Assembly: GCA_028023455.1 (NCBI GenBank)
Contig: JAQFVV010000009.1
Location: forward strand, 8,990,001-9,054,000
Length of the DNA stretch: 64,000 bases
DNA from: Epiperipatus broadwayi
Lineage: Eukaryota; Animalia; Onychophora
Direction of reading: 5' to 3'
The stretch's first letter is position 1. Each line of letters starts with the position of its first letter. The translations under genes and the position numbers were made by a program. Under the pieces are notes generated by a model that searched no databases, was not told the DNA's origin, and saw only the letters and a list, made by a program, of their open reading frames with translations. Of this stretch, positions 1-14,100 are shown one piece after another.

Positions 1-539
1 AAATAAATATATAAAGTTACTATTTTTCATTCTTTAAAATGAAAAATGACGTTGTTGACAAAAGACTGTTGACAAGGTGATAAATGACCTTTGGGTTCAC
101 AGTTTATCGAATTAAAGGAAGTGAAATTAACTTAGTGTTTTAATATCTAATTGTTATTGCAACAATGAGAATAGGTATGCTTCAGCGAGCTGATGGAGCG
201 AGACATGAAATAATTCTTCTATTCTTGTTATTAGAAGAATAAGGATTCTATTTTTATCAGCTATATTTTCATAAAAACTTTTACTATGTTTGATTACAAA
301 TAACAGTGTAAGTTGAAGTTTATATTTTAAACAATTTAATACTCATTAAAAGAAGTTTCTTATACTTGTTCAACGAAAGTAATCTAAATATATTTTCGTG
401 TTTTATAGAAAAAATTGTTTGAATTACGTTTTAAAATCTAAACAGCGTCTTAAAAAAAAAAGAACATGTTTATAAAAACTTCATTCAAATTTATGTAATT
501 TTCATTATAAAGAAAATGCAGAGTGGCTAGAACACAAAT

Positions 540-830
540 ATTTATCATGGGATAGATAAAATGCACTTGCCTAATCAAACATATATATGTGGGAATAACA
601 TCGTTGCCGAATGCTTTAGAATTATAAAGAAATTAGATCTTCAAAATGGAATTATAAATATTAATGAAGGAACTTTATATTAAGAAGATGAATATAAAGA
701 GGAAACTAAATGTCAACTTAGGATATCCTAATATTATTCTCTTTAATGTTTAACAACAAAGGAATCAAAAAACTGCGTCTTTGAGAAGGATTTTCATTCT
801 CGCGAGGAACATTAACTTTTATAAATGCCA
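540..830 (+). mobile_element. Highly decayed Penelope-like element GIY-YIG endonuclease relic
   Basis: Manual translation across stops and frameshifts gives IKCTCLIKHIYVGITS (cf. PLE I-x-C-x-C...YVG-x-T) and IKKLRL*EGFSFSRG (cf. KRKIKEAFFISRDG in the PLE at 30636-30842). Weak, motif-level evidence only. Confidence 0.4.
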
Positions 831-3599
831 TTTGGGATTTTTGAAAAATTATAATTAGGAAAAGTTAATTTCATTTTCTTTATCATCGTAGAGAATTAAT
901 AATTTAGAATATTTTTGTTTTTATTTATGATTAATAAAGATTTAAATATCGGTTAATAAATGTTAATTTTGGGAATGGGATAATGTGAATTTAGAGGTAA
1001 GATATTAAACTATTTTTGAATCCACATATTATTTTCCATGTCATGACACTACATTGTTTATACTAATCAAAATAGACTAATAAATGTAATGTGTGATAAA
1101 GAAATAAATGATTAACATTGTTGTGAAGTATATATTTTTATATTAATAAATATAACTTGACTGACAATCATTTTAACGAATGAAGGTGTTATATACAAAT
1201 AATTGGATTATTATTTGTATTATCTAATTAGTGTAAATTAGCGTTAATATAATTGTCTAAATATTAGGATACTTATATTTTAAATAAATTGTAAAATCAC
1301 GTAGTGTTATAGGTTTAGAAAATATATCTACCGTAAGCAAAGAGAATGTTTATATTTTTAATATAAGGAGGTAGATATATAAATATTTTTTATATATATT
1401 GTAAAATTTAAATTATTTAAGTGTTAAATAAATAAGTATGTTTTTTATATTAAATGAAGTCTTCAATTTTGTTTTATTTGAATTAAAGAGTTAGTGAGAT
1501 TCGTTGTTAATATTACTTTAAAATATTGATAGGAACCCCTGAAGAGAGTAAAGTGTTAAACTTCCCTGAGTTCGAAATCTGAGCATAACGGTAAAGTTAA
1601 TCAAGGTGAAAATTGATTTGATGTGGTTGGATATAATAATTTTTTTTAAAATAATAAATTAGTTATTGGGAACAAATATAGTTTTATATCAAAATTAAAT
1701 CACATCATTCGTGGCATCCTATATGAAGACCTTAAATCTGACTATAGTAAGATGCGACTCCTTAACTTATCTTGTTGAGAGGGGGCATACCGTTACATAT
1801 AGTGCATCCAAGTGAGGCTCTGAATTATATATACCATTACAATATATATATTGAAACAGGGCTGAGTTCAATCCCTGTTTCAAAAAGTAAACTTTTCTAT
1901 ATATGTGTCAATATAGCTCAATTAATTGAATTTATTTCATATTTATATTTATAACTAGATATGGATTAAAAAAGGTTAAAAGAAACAGAAGAGGTGGGGG
2001 TATGTGTGCTCTTTGTTTTATTGAAATGCATGTATATATTTTTGCTATATGGAATAATATGAAAAAAAATAAAAGTATAAATGCAAATATAGAAATATAT
2101 TTTATTTTCAAGATGGAAGCTCTTGAATTTCATTTTGGAGAAGTAAAATGAAAAAAAGATATCAAAAAGCACTTGATCAATATCTGAAGAATTTAATTAC
2201 GGAGATTTAAGTTTTGGATTCAAAAGAATTTCAATCAAAACAAAAGGAGAGCAAAATTAAATTTTGAGATGCTAAAAGCTTTTGCTTTTGTTCTAAAAGA
2301 ATCCAGATTTTGAGTGGCAGAACTTTCTAGAAAAAGGGGAAGGGGACTATAAAAAGAAAATTTAAAAAATATATTTATTCTATTGCTAATTTTTAGTCAA
2401 GTGCTGCAGCAGAGAATTGTTTTAAAATGTCTTGTAGAATTGTGTGCAAGCTGGCTTAAGAAGGCATAAGTTATGTTGGGCCATGCAATCCCACCCAATG
2501 AAGGTCCAAAGGTTGCTGCAAGAAGAGTGACCATCAAAGATAAAAACTAATTGCTCTGAAGCCTAAATTAAATCCTAAAAGGAATGAAATCAACAAACAA
2601 GATAAAACAAGCATATAGGACAGCCAGAATGAATAATTCAATCTGATCGCCATTACATTGAGTGCTATAAATAAATTTAAAATGAATGAAAATTTTTACT
2701 TTTGGTAATCTGTCATTTTCCCCGGGAAAGAAAAGCAATTTAGGTATATGCACATTCAACAATATACTATTTAGTGTTACAGATAGCATTTGTTTTTTGA
2801 ATTCTTCACAAACTTTCTTTCCATGAACGATTTGCACCAACTTTTGTAAGAAATCTAAAATGACTTTTTCCTACCCATATGAACCTGATATATGTCTTAT
2901 TTATCTAATTTTATACATATCTAGGCAGTGTGTGTATACATGCATTTTTTCCAATAAATAAAGAGCACAAAATCAAATAATATTTAATCATGGTATAAAT
3001 AAAATATTGTACAAAAGTTTAAATGAAGTGTATGCTTATTTGTGTTATTTATTTAGGTCTGATTTTATGAAAGTATAAGGAATTTAGAATATTTCATCTA
3101 ACATATTTTAGTATAGTAAAAGCCCCTCCCCCCTCATAGATTTCATTCGATTTGTTAATCACCTGCCCTGAGTAAGCTAGTCAAGGGCTACTGTCTTATA
3201 GTTTCTATATTGGTAATTCAGCTCTCCCAGTATAATTCTTATAGTAATATAATATTGGCACTTGAGGTCATAAAGTGACACTCATAAATATACTGGATGA
3301 GAAATAACGAATCTTTAAATGTGTCATTTTATTTTTTTTGTTGAATTCTTACAATCTAAAAGAGAGATTGTGTTCTACTAACAGTACTACATTAATATAA
3401 CCATAAATGCAGGGTTATTCATTTTAATCATATCGAAATATTATCGATTCCCATAAAAATATATTGTATGGAAATAAAAAGAAAGATCTATATATATATA
3501 TGTGTAGCGTTATACATATACACAATCATATAGATGGAAAACGGCAATCTCGTTACAATATATATATATATCATCAACACTTAAATGTTTCTGCAACTC

Positions 3600-4295
3600 C
3601 TGAATTGGATTTCTACAGAAAATATCAGCTACAATATTTTCAAATCCTTTATAATATTGAACTGAGTATTGTAATTCTTGAAGGAATAAACTTCACTGAA
3701 CTAACTACATATTGTTTAGGTAGCTATGATTCAAGAATTTGAGATTCTAATTATCCATGATTATAGTAACCTCAAAGCCCAAGGGGAATTGTCTAAATTT
3801 TTGGAATGCCCATATTACAGCCAGATTTCCTTATCTGTAATAGTATAGTTTGGTACTGGGTCTCTTAGTACCCTATTTAAAGATAGAGAACTCCTAGTAG
3901 GTTTGTCTCTTGGACTTGGAAGAGAATAGATCCTAGTCAGCTACTACTATCAATTTGAATGTAAAAAGGCATGTCAAAATTGGAATAAGACAGTACAATG
4001 TTATCAGTAAATTTCATTTTAACTTTTTCAAAATCATGATCATATTTGGATGTCCATTTTTAAGTTATATGCTTTTTTAATAATTGAAGCATAGACTGAA
4101 TATCCAAGGTTAAATTTGGATAAAACTTGTGATAGAAATCACACACACTAAAGAATAATTGTATTTGTTTTTGAGTTCTAAAAGTTTCAAAATTTTTATG
4201 CCATTATTTTGTCAGGATGTGGTCTTATACCATTCTTTTCTACTATGTGCTCTTATATCATCTTTTACTATTATGTGGCCTAAAATACTATTTCA
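3600..4295 (-). mobile_element. Ty3/Gypsy LTR retrotransposon pol relic (RT C-terminus and RNase H)
   Basis: Minus-strand translation across stops and frameshifts: FLGHII..GIRPHPDKI..QKQIQLFFSVCDFYHKF..LLKKHIT*KWT..FEKVK..VLSYSNFDMPFYIQIDSSS*LGSILFQ..NYTITDKE.LAVIWAFQKFRQFPLGFEVTIIMDN..LQELQYSVQYYKGFENIVADIFCRNP. This follows the Gypsy RT-thumb/RNase H motif order. Confidence 0.88.
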
Positions 4296-5910
4296 GAAGT
4301 CCACATTGGCTGCCAATTATGTAACAATAACTTTTGATCCAACTATATACAATTAAAGATATATAATAGGATCCTCAAGATGTGTACTATAAACTTTGGT
4401 TCACATAAATAATGAGTTGAATGGTTAATAGAATTCAAATAAAAATTTTAATTCAAAAATATAATATTAACTAATGTGATGATAATGATTGTAATTTGAA
4501 AATACAAGTACTCCTAAAAGTATTTTATTTGTTTTTTACTTTCAATAAAAGCTGCCAAACCTCATAAAAAGAGAGTTTACTTTTAGAAAAGTTTTTAAAG
4601 GAATGATCATCATCAATTATTTTTGCCATCCTAACATTTCCTTCAGTGGATTGCATGATTTTTCAGGACTGTAGATCATAATTAGCATATGGGTGTAAAA
4701 AACATATATTTACATTGAGTTACAAACACAAACTAAATGGATTAATAAATAAAAAAATTAACAATTTATTAATAATGGATAAAATTGTTTCATATATCAC
4801 AACTATTAACATATACACAAAATATTATAGTAACAAAAGATATTTTAAGTTTAAGCTATGGTTCAAAGTTTAAGACTTTATGGTATTTATAATGATAAGA
4901 TATTATGTTAAATAGGGAAACAGGCACTAACCATGGTTTTTTCAGGTCCTGTTCTTTTAATATTTTACTGTGGTTTTTTCAATGATGATCCTTTCTTTGA
5001 ACACTGATGTTAGAGGGTGTAAATACAGCAGCATTGCCAACATTCTATGAGGTATACTATCTGTAGGCCTTGAGTAATATATATGGACTATTCATTTATT
5101 TTATGGCATTATAGAGACATTGCACAAGTTGGTTTTTCAAACTTGAGCACTAATTTCTGGATCCAACTGCATTTTCTAAGCATTTTGACAGGTGTTTGTT
5201 TTTGGTTATCCAGCCCCACATGGTAGATGGTTTTCTTTTAAGTAAATACGTCATACTGATTGTTGTAACTGGAGTATTGTAAAAATATTTTAAGAAAAAT
5301 GACTTAAATATAGCTTACAGTGGAAAAAGAGTTTAATCAGCGATTGTTTCTCCTGTATGGATCATGGTAACACAGCTTTAATAGTAGACTGCACTCTAAT
5401 GTAAAGCAATATGAAAGTGTTGGACTCCTAGAATTAGAATAATAGTAATAATCATCTTAGCTGCTTATTTCTGTTTTATTTACACCAACCAATGTTGTTC
5501 AAACAACATGGTGTTCTCATAACATATATGACACTAGCTAGAGGATATATGACATTTGCATCATTATGACTATATTTTTTAAGGACATCCCCTTTTACTA
5601 TTTTCAAAACATGTGTGGGCACAAATTTTAGTACATTATATCATGTTTTTTTTTATAAATAAAAGAAGAAGGGAACAAAATAACTTTTTCTCTTTTTTTT
5701 TATTTACACTTCGTTACATAGGAAGAAGAAAAATTCACTGCTGGAATTTTGCATTTTTAATTATTACTTTTAAAATATTATTAATTTTAAAAATTTATAT
5801 TTAGCTTTGCCATCCATTTTTATTTTAAAATGGACAAGTTATTTCATTAAAACTTTCATATGAAAGGCAAACTAAACAATGTCAAAATTTAGATTTTTTT
5901 TAATTACACA

Positions 5911-5972
5911 ATTCTTTCACATATCAAGACTACTTTCCCTCTTCCTTTAATATGTAATTTATTGTTATTTAC
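5911..5972 (+). repeat. ~60-bp dispersed direct repeat, copy 1 (copy 2 at 7769-7830)
   Basis: attctttcacatatcaa(g/a)actactt(t)ccctcttcctttaa..tgtaatt.attgtt occurs at both positions. Confidence 0.75.
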
Positions 5973-7768
5973 TGTGTCACTATAAAGTCACACTCTGTAT
6001 GCAATTTTTCTAAGATTACTAAAACTACTATGACTGGTATGAGCATATAGCTTAGCACAATCTTCAATGATCGTAGTCATAATTTATTTATGTACAGTGG
6101 TTACATAGTTGATTTTAAGACATAATCTAATGTGGACTCTACTAATTATACTTTGTTTAAACTAAATGGAGACTTAATTATTAATATTATAAGAGAAATT
6201 AAAAACACAGAGGCATTTAATGGTTTAATTATTTATTATATTCTTTTTTTATACTAATTGCTTTCCTAATTCCCTTTTCCAGAGCATTCCAACTGACTTG
6301 ATCCAAAATTTAAGAAGACAAATATAAAACTTCTTTTTGATTTTTAATAGATATGATACCTTATTAACCACTTAATAACTTTTTCCCTAAGGAAGATGCA
6401 CCACACAAGGCCTATGAATGACAATGATCCAGGTTTATTTTGGATGTCTGTCCAAGTAGGTGTGACTGAATGTTGATTTACTAATAAAATGGACAGTATC
6501 TTGCAACATTTGAACCCTCTATATTTCACAATTAATAATTATATTCAAACTTTTAAGGGATGTCACAAATGTCTGTTGTTGGCTTGCAGCCATTGAACTT
6601 CCCTTTTTACAAACCCAAGGTTCTGACATAAGGTTTCTGTGTTGCTTACTGATCTTTTACCTTCCCTCCCCTTGTTTGACTTTCTAGATCAAGCAGTTAA
6701 CATTCATTTTAAAACTTAAAACTACACACACTTTGATCATAATAAATGAATTAAAATTATTCAAAATTTTTATTAATAAAAAGTTAGTAAAAATGAAACC
6801 ATATCCATCATAACATAAAAAATAATAATCCCACTTAAAAACCCTACACTCCATTGTTGAAACTTTTTATACAACTAAGTTAATGGAGTCTAAAATTCTA
6901 TTATGCCAATCAGAATAAAAGTTAATAAAAGTTCATAGTTACCCTGATAAATCAGCGGTTTCACTTTCTTTATTTGGGTAATGTTCTTATATGATTTTTT
7001 CTTGAAACAGCTGATATGAATCCTTTGTTTTGTCCATTGCCTTATTTGATATCCTCAGCTAGCTTGTTAAATCCATTATCCCATAGTTAACAATCACTTA
7101 AGTAGCTCCAGGTGTGACTGTGAGATGTATTTCCCCAAGAGAAAAGTCTTTGATGCCCACTAGCCTGCAAACATTTTCTTGGTGCTGGTTAGTATTATAT
7201 TTTTCAATCTATTTTAAATCTGCTTTCCAAACTTTTTCCAATCTAATATAACAAAAGTCAACTCCACAATTTATGTGTATTTTTACAAACAGAATTCATA
7301 CCTAGTGGTTTATTTGTAGTTACATTTTTACATGTCTAATTTCTGTTCCTTTAATGTCATTGCCTTTTTTAATTAATGGAAAAGTTCTGGTTCAATTAGC
7401 ATAATAGATCAACTCTAAAATTATCTACAATTACAAATATTTTTAGTCTCTTGAGTTCCAACAATAGAGTTAATTTCAAAAATCTGTATGTTTTTTACTT
7501 CCCCCCAACCCACGTCTTTCCAAGAATTACAATTAAAAAACTTTTACTGAAAACAAATCTCAAGATTTAATTTTATTTTAAGTTATAATGGATTTAAACA
7601 AATAAATAAAAAGAAGAAATCCTGATATCTTAGAGATAACTATGAAACTACTTTAAAATAGATTTCAAAAATTATTATTTTAAAATAATCTATTAACTAT
7701 GTACTTTAATAAAAATAAAATATATGTACCCATATCTATATGAGATGGCAGAAAATACCATCTTATTA

Positions 7769-7830
7769 ATTCTTTCACATATCAAAACTACTTTTCCTCT
7801 TCCTTTAAATTGTAATTGATTGTTTTCTTA
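7769..7830 (+). repeat. ~60-bp dispersed direct repeat, copy 2
   Basis: Aligns to 5911-5972 with a few substitutions. Confidence 0.75.
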
Positions 7831-9372
7831 CATATTACAAAATAAATTTAATAATCTTTAATCATATGCTTAAATTCATTTTTCTGTTAATCTTTACACA
7901 GTTTACACTTTTAATTTTCCAGTGACATGCATATTTGTGTGTACACGTAAATGGCTGTCAGTTCAGAACACTTTTTTCTTCTTCTTCATGTTGTAGCATA
8001 ATCATCATAATAGATATAATATATATAATATAAAAGAATCCTTAAAACTCAAAGAACTATATTCATTACCCTGATTTATTTCATGATGGATTTTTTATAC
8101 TGAATATTGATGTTTTAGATAATTTAAACTTAGTAATAGAAGTTTTAATTTGAATTAATTAAAATCGAAATGAGAAGAAAAATAATATTGGATCTGCAAT
8201 TCCAAAATATATTTCCAGTATGACAAATTTCCTAAAAGAATAAGGCAGTCCCCTACATATCAAGATTATCTAAAAGGCACTCCAATGAGATGCAATTTTT
8301 GTTTTTTTCATTGTCATGGCATTAATACAAATAAACCCACTGGATAGATACAATTAGACATGATGCTGAAGTCTTCCAGAAAGAAAATTTTATTTAGTAG
8401 TGTAAGAGATGGCTTACAACCAACATTCACACCTGTCCCAGTTTTTTCACAATGTTTGAATTCAGACCAAGTGGTAGGCAAATAAAATATCCTACATACC
8501 TGCTTATACACATGAAGTATATATGTATATAAACATATATATAAACCAATATGTTTGTCTATTTGTAGAAATTAATTTTTTCCTCTTTATTTAATATCAT
8601 TAACTAAAATAATAATTAATTGACTTATAGAACAGACATAACCAAAGGTCAAAATTTATATGAGGTCAAAATTGTTACTAAGTGATCGAATTTCAATAAT
8701 GAGGACTAAATAAAATAATAATAACAATGTTTTATAATTTGTCTTTTTTGGTTAGTTTATAACAATAGATTTTAGCTAGCATGAGGAAAACAATCCAGCA
8801 TTTTTCACTTGTGGTCTAACAGCAGAACTGTCAGCACATAAAAAAAAAGTCTTTTATTTTTTAAAAAAAAGTTTGTTTAAAAAGGAAAGAAAACAGTAAG
8901 AATATGTATTTTAAAATTTAATGTCAATATTTTAAAATTAATATTAAAATATTTATAATTTGGATAGAAGGAAACTGGAAAGTTAAACTTCAATTTATAA
9001 TTAGCAGGAATGAACTAATGACTTAATTTATTCTGCAAGTTTGAATTTGTTGTTTTGGAAATAAGAAAAAAAGAAACATGAAAAGACTAAAAGTTAATTG
9101 TTTCTTTAAGCCATTTTCTTATATTTATTGAAGCCACAACATAATTAAGTGATTGATAAAATGGTCATTACAATGTGTGTGGGGTAAAAAAAAAACAGTA
9201 CCGTAGACATCTCCAAAGTTATCTTTGATATCATTTTAAAAGTAACCATCAAAATGTCAATTTACAAAATGCTGGTGAACCTCAATCTTCAATAGATTTA
9301 TATACGTTCTGAAGAGATAATTGGTATGTGTATGTTTTAACCACAAAGCATGAGAGATATAAATATCAACAG

Positions 9373-9414
9373 AATTGGTGAACAAGAATGTTATGCATGG
9401 AGATTGACATTTAG
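9373..9414 (+). CDS. Candidate internal exon of unidentified plus-strand gene (IGEQECYAWRLTF)
   Basis: tcaacag| acceptor and TAG|gtttat donor; 42 nt; only one open frame (phase 2 to 2), which is compatible with the next candidate exon. The donor is weak. Confidence 0.25.
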
Positions 9415-9694
9415 GTTTATAAACTCTTAACTGTAGACAAAATGCTTGCTTTCCTCAGGATAAATATATTTTATTTTGCTTCATGTGATTTTTTTTTTTG
9501 CTTTTATTATTGCTATTTGAAAGTTTATGTATTGTAATTTTTTTTATTGTGTATTCAAGATTCATTTTCAAATTCAATCGCTTGCAATTTAAAAGTGGGA
9601 ACAGTGAATGGATATGTGTCATATGTTGATGTATTTTAAAAAAGGAATCATAGTCAATTAATATGTATAATTTTTAATAAAAGTAAATTTACAG

Positions 9695-9742
9695 ATTCCT
9701 CTGGAAATTCAACATTGATCCATCAAGGCGACCTCAAATAAG
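9695..9742 (+). CDS. Candidate internal exon (FLWKFNIDPSRRPQI)
   Basis: aaatttacag| acceptor and AAG|gttttt donor; 48 nt, phase 2 to 2, phase-compatible with 11107-11179. An alternative frame ends in a stop. Confidence 0.35.
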
Positions 9743-10284
9743 GTTTTTATTTATTTAACATTGAGGGCAAACTTTAGGACAAACAAAACTATATTATTTA
9801 CTAATAAGTTTTAATAATTTTTACTTGTAATTTTTTATTATTTCTGAGTGCACAATTAATCTACTTGAGTAAATGGTCTTTTTCTTATCTTTCATTAATT
9901 TTTACTATGACTTACACACACATATAGATGGGAGTGGAACTATATATATATTAATAAAAAAATATTTATAAATATATTTACCCCAACCTATAAATATCAT
10001 TCTAATAATTATATTAATACGGTAATTTTAAAAGTACTGAACTTTCATTTTGCTTTTCTTTTTTGTTTTGTTTTATGTATATATTTATTAAATTATCTAA
10101 TATAATTTTGTATATACTGTACTGTGAATTATTTTGTTTCTGTTGTGTTAAGCCATCCAATGATAGAAGACCATTCTTGTTAACTGAATATTTATTTATT
10201 TTATTTTTTGTTTGTAAATATTTATTATTATATGTTATCAATTATTAATAAATATATTTAGTTGTTTAAACCAATCTGATCTCT

Positions 10285-10440
10285 GTTTGATCATCACCAT
10301 CATCATTGTGCATTTATATCACAAAAGGTTTGATCATCACCATCATCATTGAGCATTTATACCATTAAAAGTTTCATCATTATTATCATTATGAATTTAC
10401 ACCCTTAAAGGTTTGATGATTCACCATCATTATGTATTGT
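10285..10440. repeat. Tandem array, ~43-bp unit x ~3.7
   Basis: Units of gtttgatcatcaccatcatcattg(t/a)gcatttata..aaaa(g) start at 10285, 10328, 10371 and 10411. Confidence 0.85.
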
Positions 10441-11106
10441 TCTTCTAAATGATTGATCTTCATCAATATTTTTTTTTTATCTATGCTTATATATAGGCAT
10501 ATTTGGTTAATAATTGAGTAGGTCCATCCCTGAAGAGAGCTGACTGCAAGAACTCTCTGAGTTTGAATTCCATGGTTAATGGGGCCCAAAAAGGGAGATG
10601 TAATGAATATGCACTAGTCTAAGTTACATTGAAATATTGTAAGTAAATTATAAGTTAGCATATTGAAAGTATATGTGATTTGGAACTAGGCATTTCATTG
10701 TGAAATTTTTTGCATTCTATTCAAAGGCTTAGGTCTGACAGTAGTGAGATGTGCTCCCTTTGTTATATGCCATTTGTGATCTGTAATATCTGGCACACCA
10801 AAATCGTACATTGAATCATGGATTTAGAATATGACTTGTTGTAGGTTGGTTGACACATTGTATTCAAGTCATCCAACTACTGAGTCATATTCACATCGTT
10901 GTATGGTGTACCCCGCAGTTCTGTTATAGTAGAAATTAAAATACTTCATAAGATGTCAAAAATTCAAACTAAAGATTAAGGTATGATAAAAGTGTTGAAT
11001 GATTAATATATGTAGTCATCATAAAACTCAATTTTTAATATTTTGCTTTTTTGTATTTCTCATTTTTTCTTCTGTTAAAATAAAATTTTAAATTGTGTTT
11101 TTACAG

Positions 11107-11179
11107 AATTATGCAAATACAAGAAAATGGTAATGAGGGTTATGAAGTCAAAATTAAGCATCACTTTCAACAGCAACAG
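11107..11179 (+). CDS. Probable coding exon (IMQIQENGNEGYEVKIKHHFQQQQ)
   Basis: Strong acceptor tgtgtttttacag| and donor CAG|gtaaat; open frame, phase 2 to 0. Protein not recognised. Confidence 0.55.
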
Positions 11180-14100
11180 GTAAATTTAATAATGTAATTA
11201 TTTTCTTGACTAAGGATATGTCTAATGAATATTACAATGATAAATTAAACTCACTTTGTTTGTCATAATTCATTACTATCCCTTTGCAAAGATAGTCAGA
11301 AGTTAATTCACACCAAACATTTACTATATTTCATTAGAACTAGAATATATATCACTGCATGAACAAATATTTCTCTAAGATTACACCCATTCAAATTAAC
11401 TTACTAAATACATTACCTTATTATAAAATAACTTCCTTTAAAAGTATTTGTTTTTTATCAGTTCTTGGTAGATTATTATTATAATAATATAAAGTTGTCT
11501 ATCTTGATCTGAATCAAAGGATATCACTTTTTTTTGTTGCTAAAACATTATTTAGATTCCAAAATCTTTACGTAACACAATCTTTGTTAAAGTTTTGTTC
11601 ATCTTAATCAAGATAATATTTCTACCAAACAATACTTCCTCTTTAGATTTAATTTTATTTCTTAATCGACATTTATCCTGTGCAAAAAATGATCAGAAGA
11701 TATGTTTCACTTATTCCAAATATATATACTTTTCACAATTGTTGATCTTTCAAAGTTGACCACAAATTAGTACATGTTAATGTTTCCATTGTCCTGCATA
11801 CTGTAAACAATTTGAATAGCATTCTTTGAGTTTTTATTTTGTTTTTTGAAATAATTATTTATAAAAAGTCTTCTACTTATATATATAGTAATGGTACAGA
11901 GAAGTGGTGACATGGGATGAGAAAACATCATGATTTCCATAGAATAAATAGTCATTATCAATTAATATTGAAGTAACAAATATAAAATGAACAAACATTG
12001 ACAAATAACAAAGGAGCATGAGATCAGCAAAGTACAAAATATGTCATTACAACAGTAATAATCAACTAATCAACAAACATCCTTTGTGATTGAATTAAAT
12101 AAAAAAACATAATAAAATCAAGGGAATTATGTAATGACTGCCAAGCTTAGGGGGAAATATATAACAATCATCTGGATTTAAATGCTAAAATATCTATCAT
12201 AAAAAATTCTGGGATCCTAATATATGCTAATCATCATCAATACACTGACCAATAATACCAGGAGTGTACAAGCCAACCATAAAATAATTTTCAATCTACA
12301 AAATAAACTGCAGTGAATGGATAAAAGTGATTTTGATCTTTGTGTCATCCAGAGAAGTGTTTGGATGTCCAAATGCAAGCATAAACCTCTATCTATATCT
12401 AAATTAACCATTATTGCTCTAGAACTAGTTCAAGGTCACAAGGATCCTGGGTGCTGTGACTGTGATCAAGAGAAACTACAAATGTATAAGCTTACTCTAC
12501 TTTAATTTGAACAGCCATACTGGGATAATTTACAAATCTTTTAAAACACTATGCTATAATAAAATCAAGTTACATACACTGCTACTTCATAGACTAGATA
12601 AAATGTTAATTTTTTAACAATTATTTACTGAAATCAACTGATAAATAATTAAGAAAATTTAAAGATGTGATAATACGACAGTTCCAACACATTTTTTAAA
12701 ATAAAAAAAGATGTATACTTTCATATAGCAAATAAGAATATCCTGTTGATTTTAAATATTAAACTAATTACCATTTGTGTTCATTAAGTTATTTTTTTAA
12801 AAATAACTACAGTTGAAAAACATTTCACAATGAGATATATCAGAAAATTTTAAATTAGCTGAAATCTTCTTTTACATTTCTTAGAAAATAGGAGTGCAAT
12901 TACATTTTAGAGACTAAATAAATAAAAAAACATATTTCAACAAAAACAATCTTAAATCAAAATTATTCCTTACTATACATTATTGCTTGGGCTAAAAATG
13001 TATTACTTGTATTAAATTTTTTTGTGTAAATGTAGAGGTGCACAGTGCACTACCTTATATTACCATGGGTTCTTTCTTTAGATTTCTTTTGAATTTATAA
13101 TTTTAAGTTTCTTCCATTAACTTTTTTTTTTCTAGCTTCAAATTTCCATTGTAATAATTCAGGGTAGATAAACACGATTAAATTTATCAATTTTTTAATA
13201 TAATAATTTGTAAGCCAGACTAACACAATCTGAGTCAATCATCCTTTTGGGTGGAATGTAAAGCTTGTTGCAGATTTCTCCCAGGAGTATTTTCCTTCTT
13301 TTACATTTTTTTCTAGTGAACAGGTTACGTGGTGATGTTTGATGGTATTTAGCTTCTAGTTAAAGCTTAGCACATGATTTTTTCCAAATCTATTTTTAAA
13401 AAACATTTTTTAAGCTAGTAGTGAGATTAGTCTTATTTCAAACTGCAAAATTGTTTTTCACTGTTTTCTTCAACATCTGAATCAAGAATGACTATTCCCA
13501 CAAGACATTGAGATCTACTGCTTAATCACCCCCTTTTACTTTTCGAACAATTTTGTATCCACCCAATCACATACCTCAGAAATGACCAATAGATTATATT
13601 TTACAAAAAGCTTATTTCTCTTCTTTTTTTTAATTTTTAACCAATGGAAATAATCATACCCTATTTATTGGAAAACATATTTTGTGATTATTATTTTTTT
13701 CTTTTTAATTGTTCCAAAACAGTATAATCCTTTAATTACCCATTGATTTGAAAGATGCATTACATTTTATTTTATATATATATATATAGAGAGAGAGATC
13801 AAATTTAATTAACTAAAAAACAGCATTTATCAAAATGTTAAAACCTTATTTCTTTTTTATTTTAAAAACTAAAAAAAAAACCAATTTTATCCATTTATCT
13901 ATTATTTTTTTTAAAAAAACAAACAACTAATAGATAAAATTGCTGAAGAGAAAGAGAGAGAAATAAAAATTATTTTCTTTTTTTTATATTTTTCTCTCAC
14001 TTTTACAACTACTCACAACAAACTATAAATATTCATATTCTGAATATTTAAATTGTTTGGAATTTATCATATTATCAAACTTTAATAATCATAATAGTGT

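Noticed and set aside
6300-7330. Possible decayed LINE on the minus strand
   Set aside because: Only vague motif resemblance across many stops; not supportable without a profile search.
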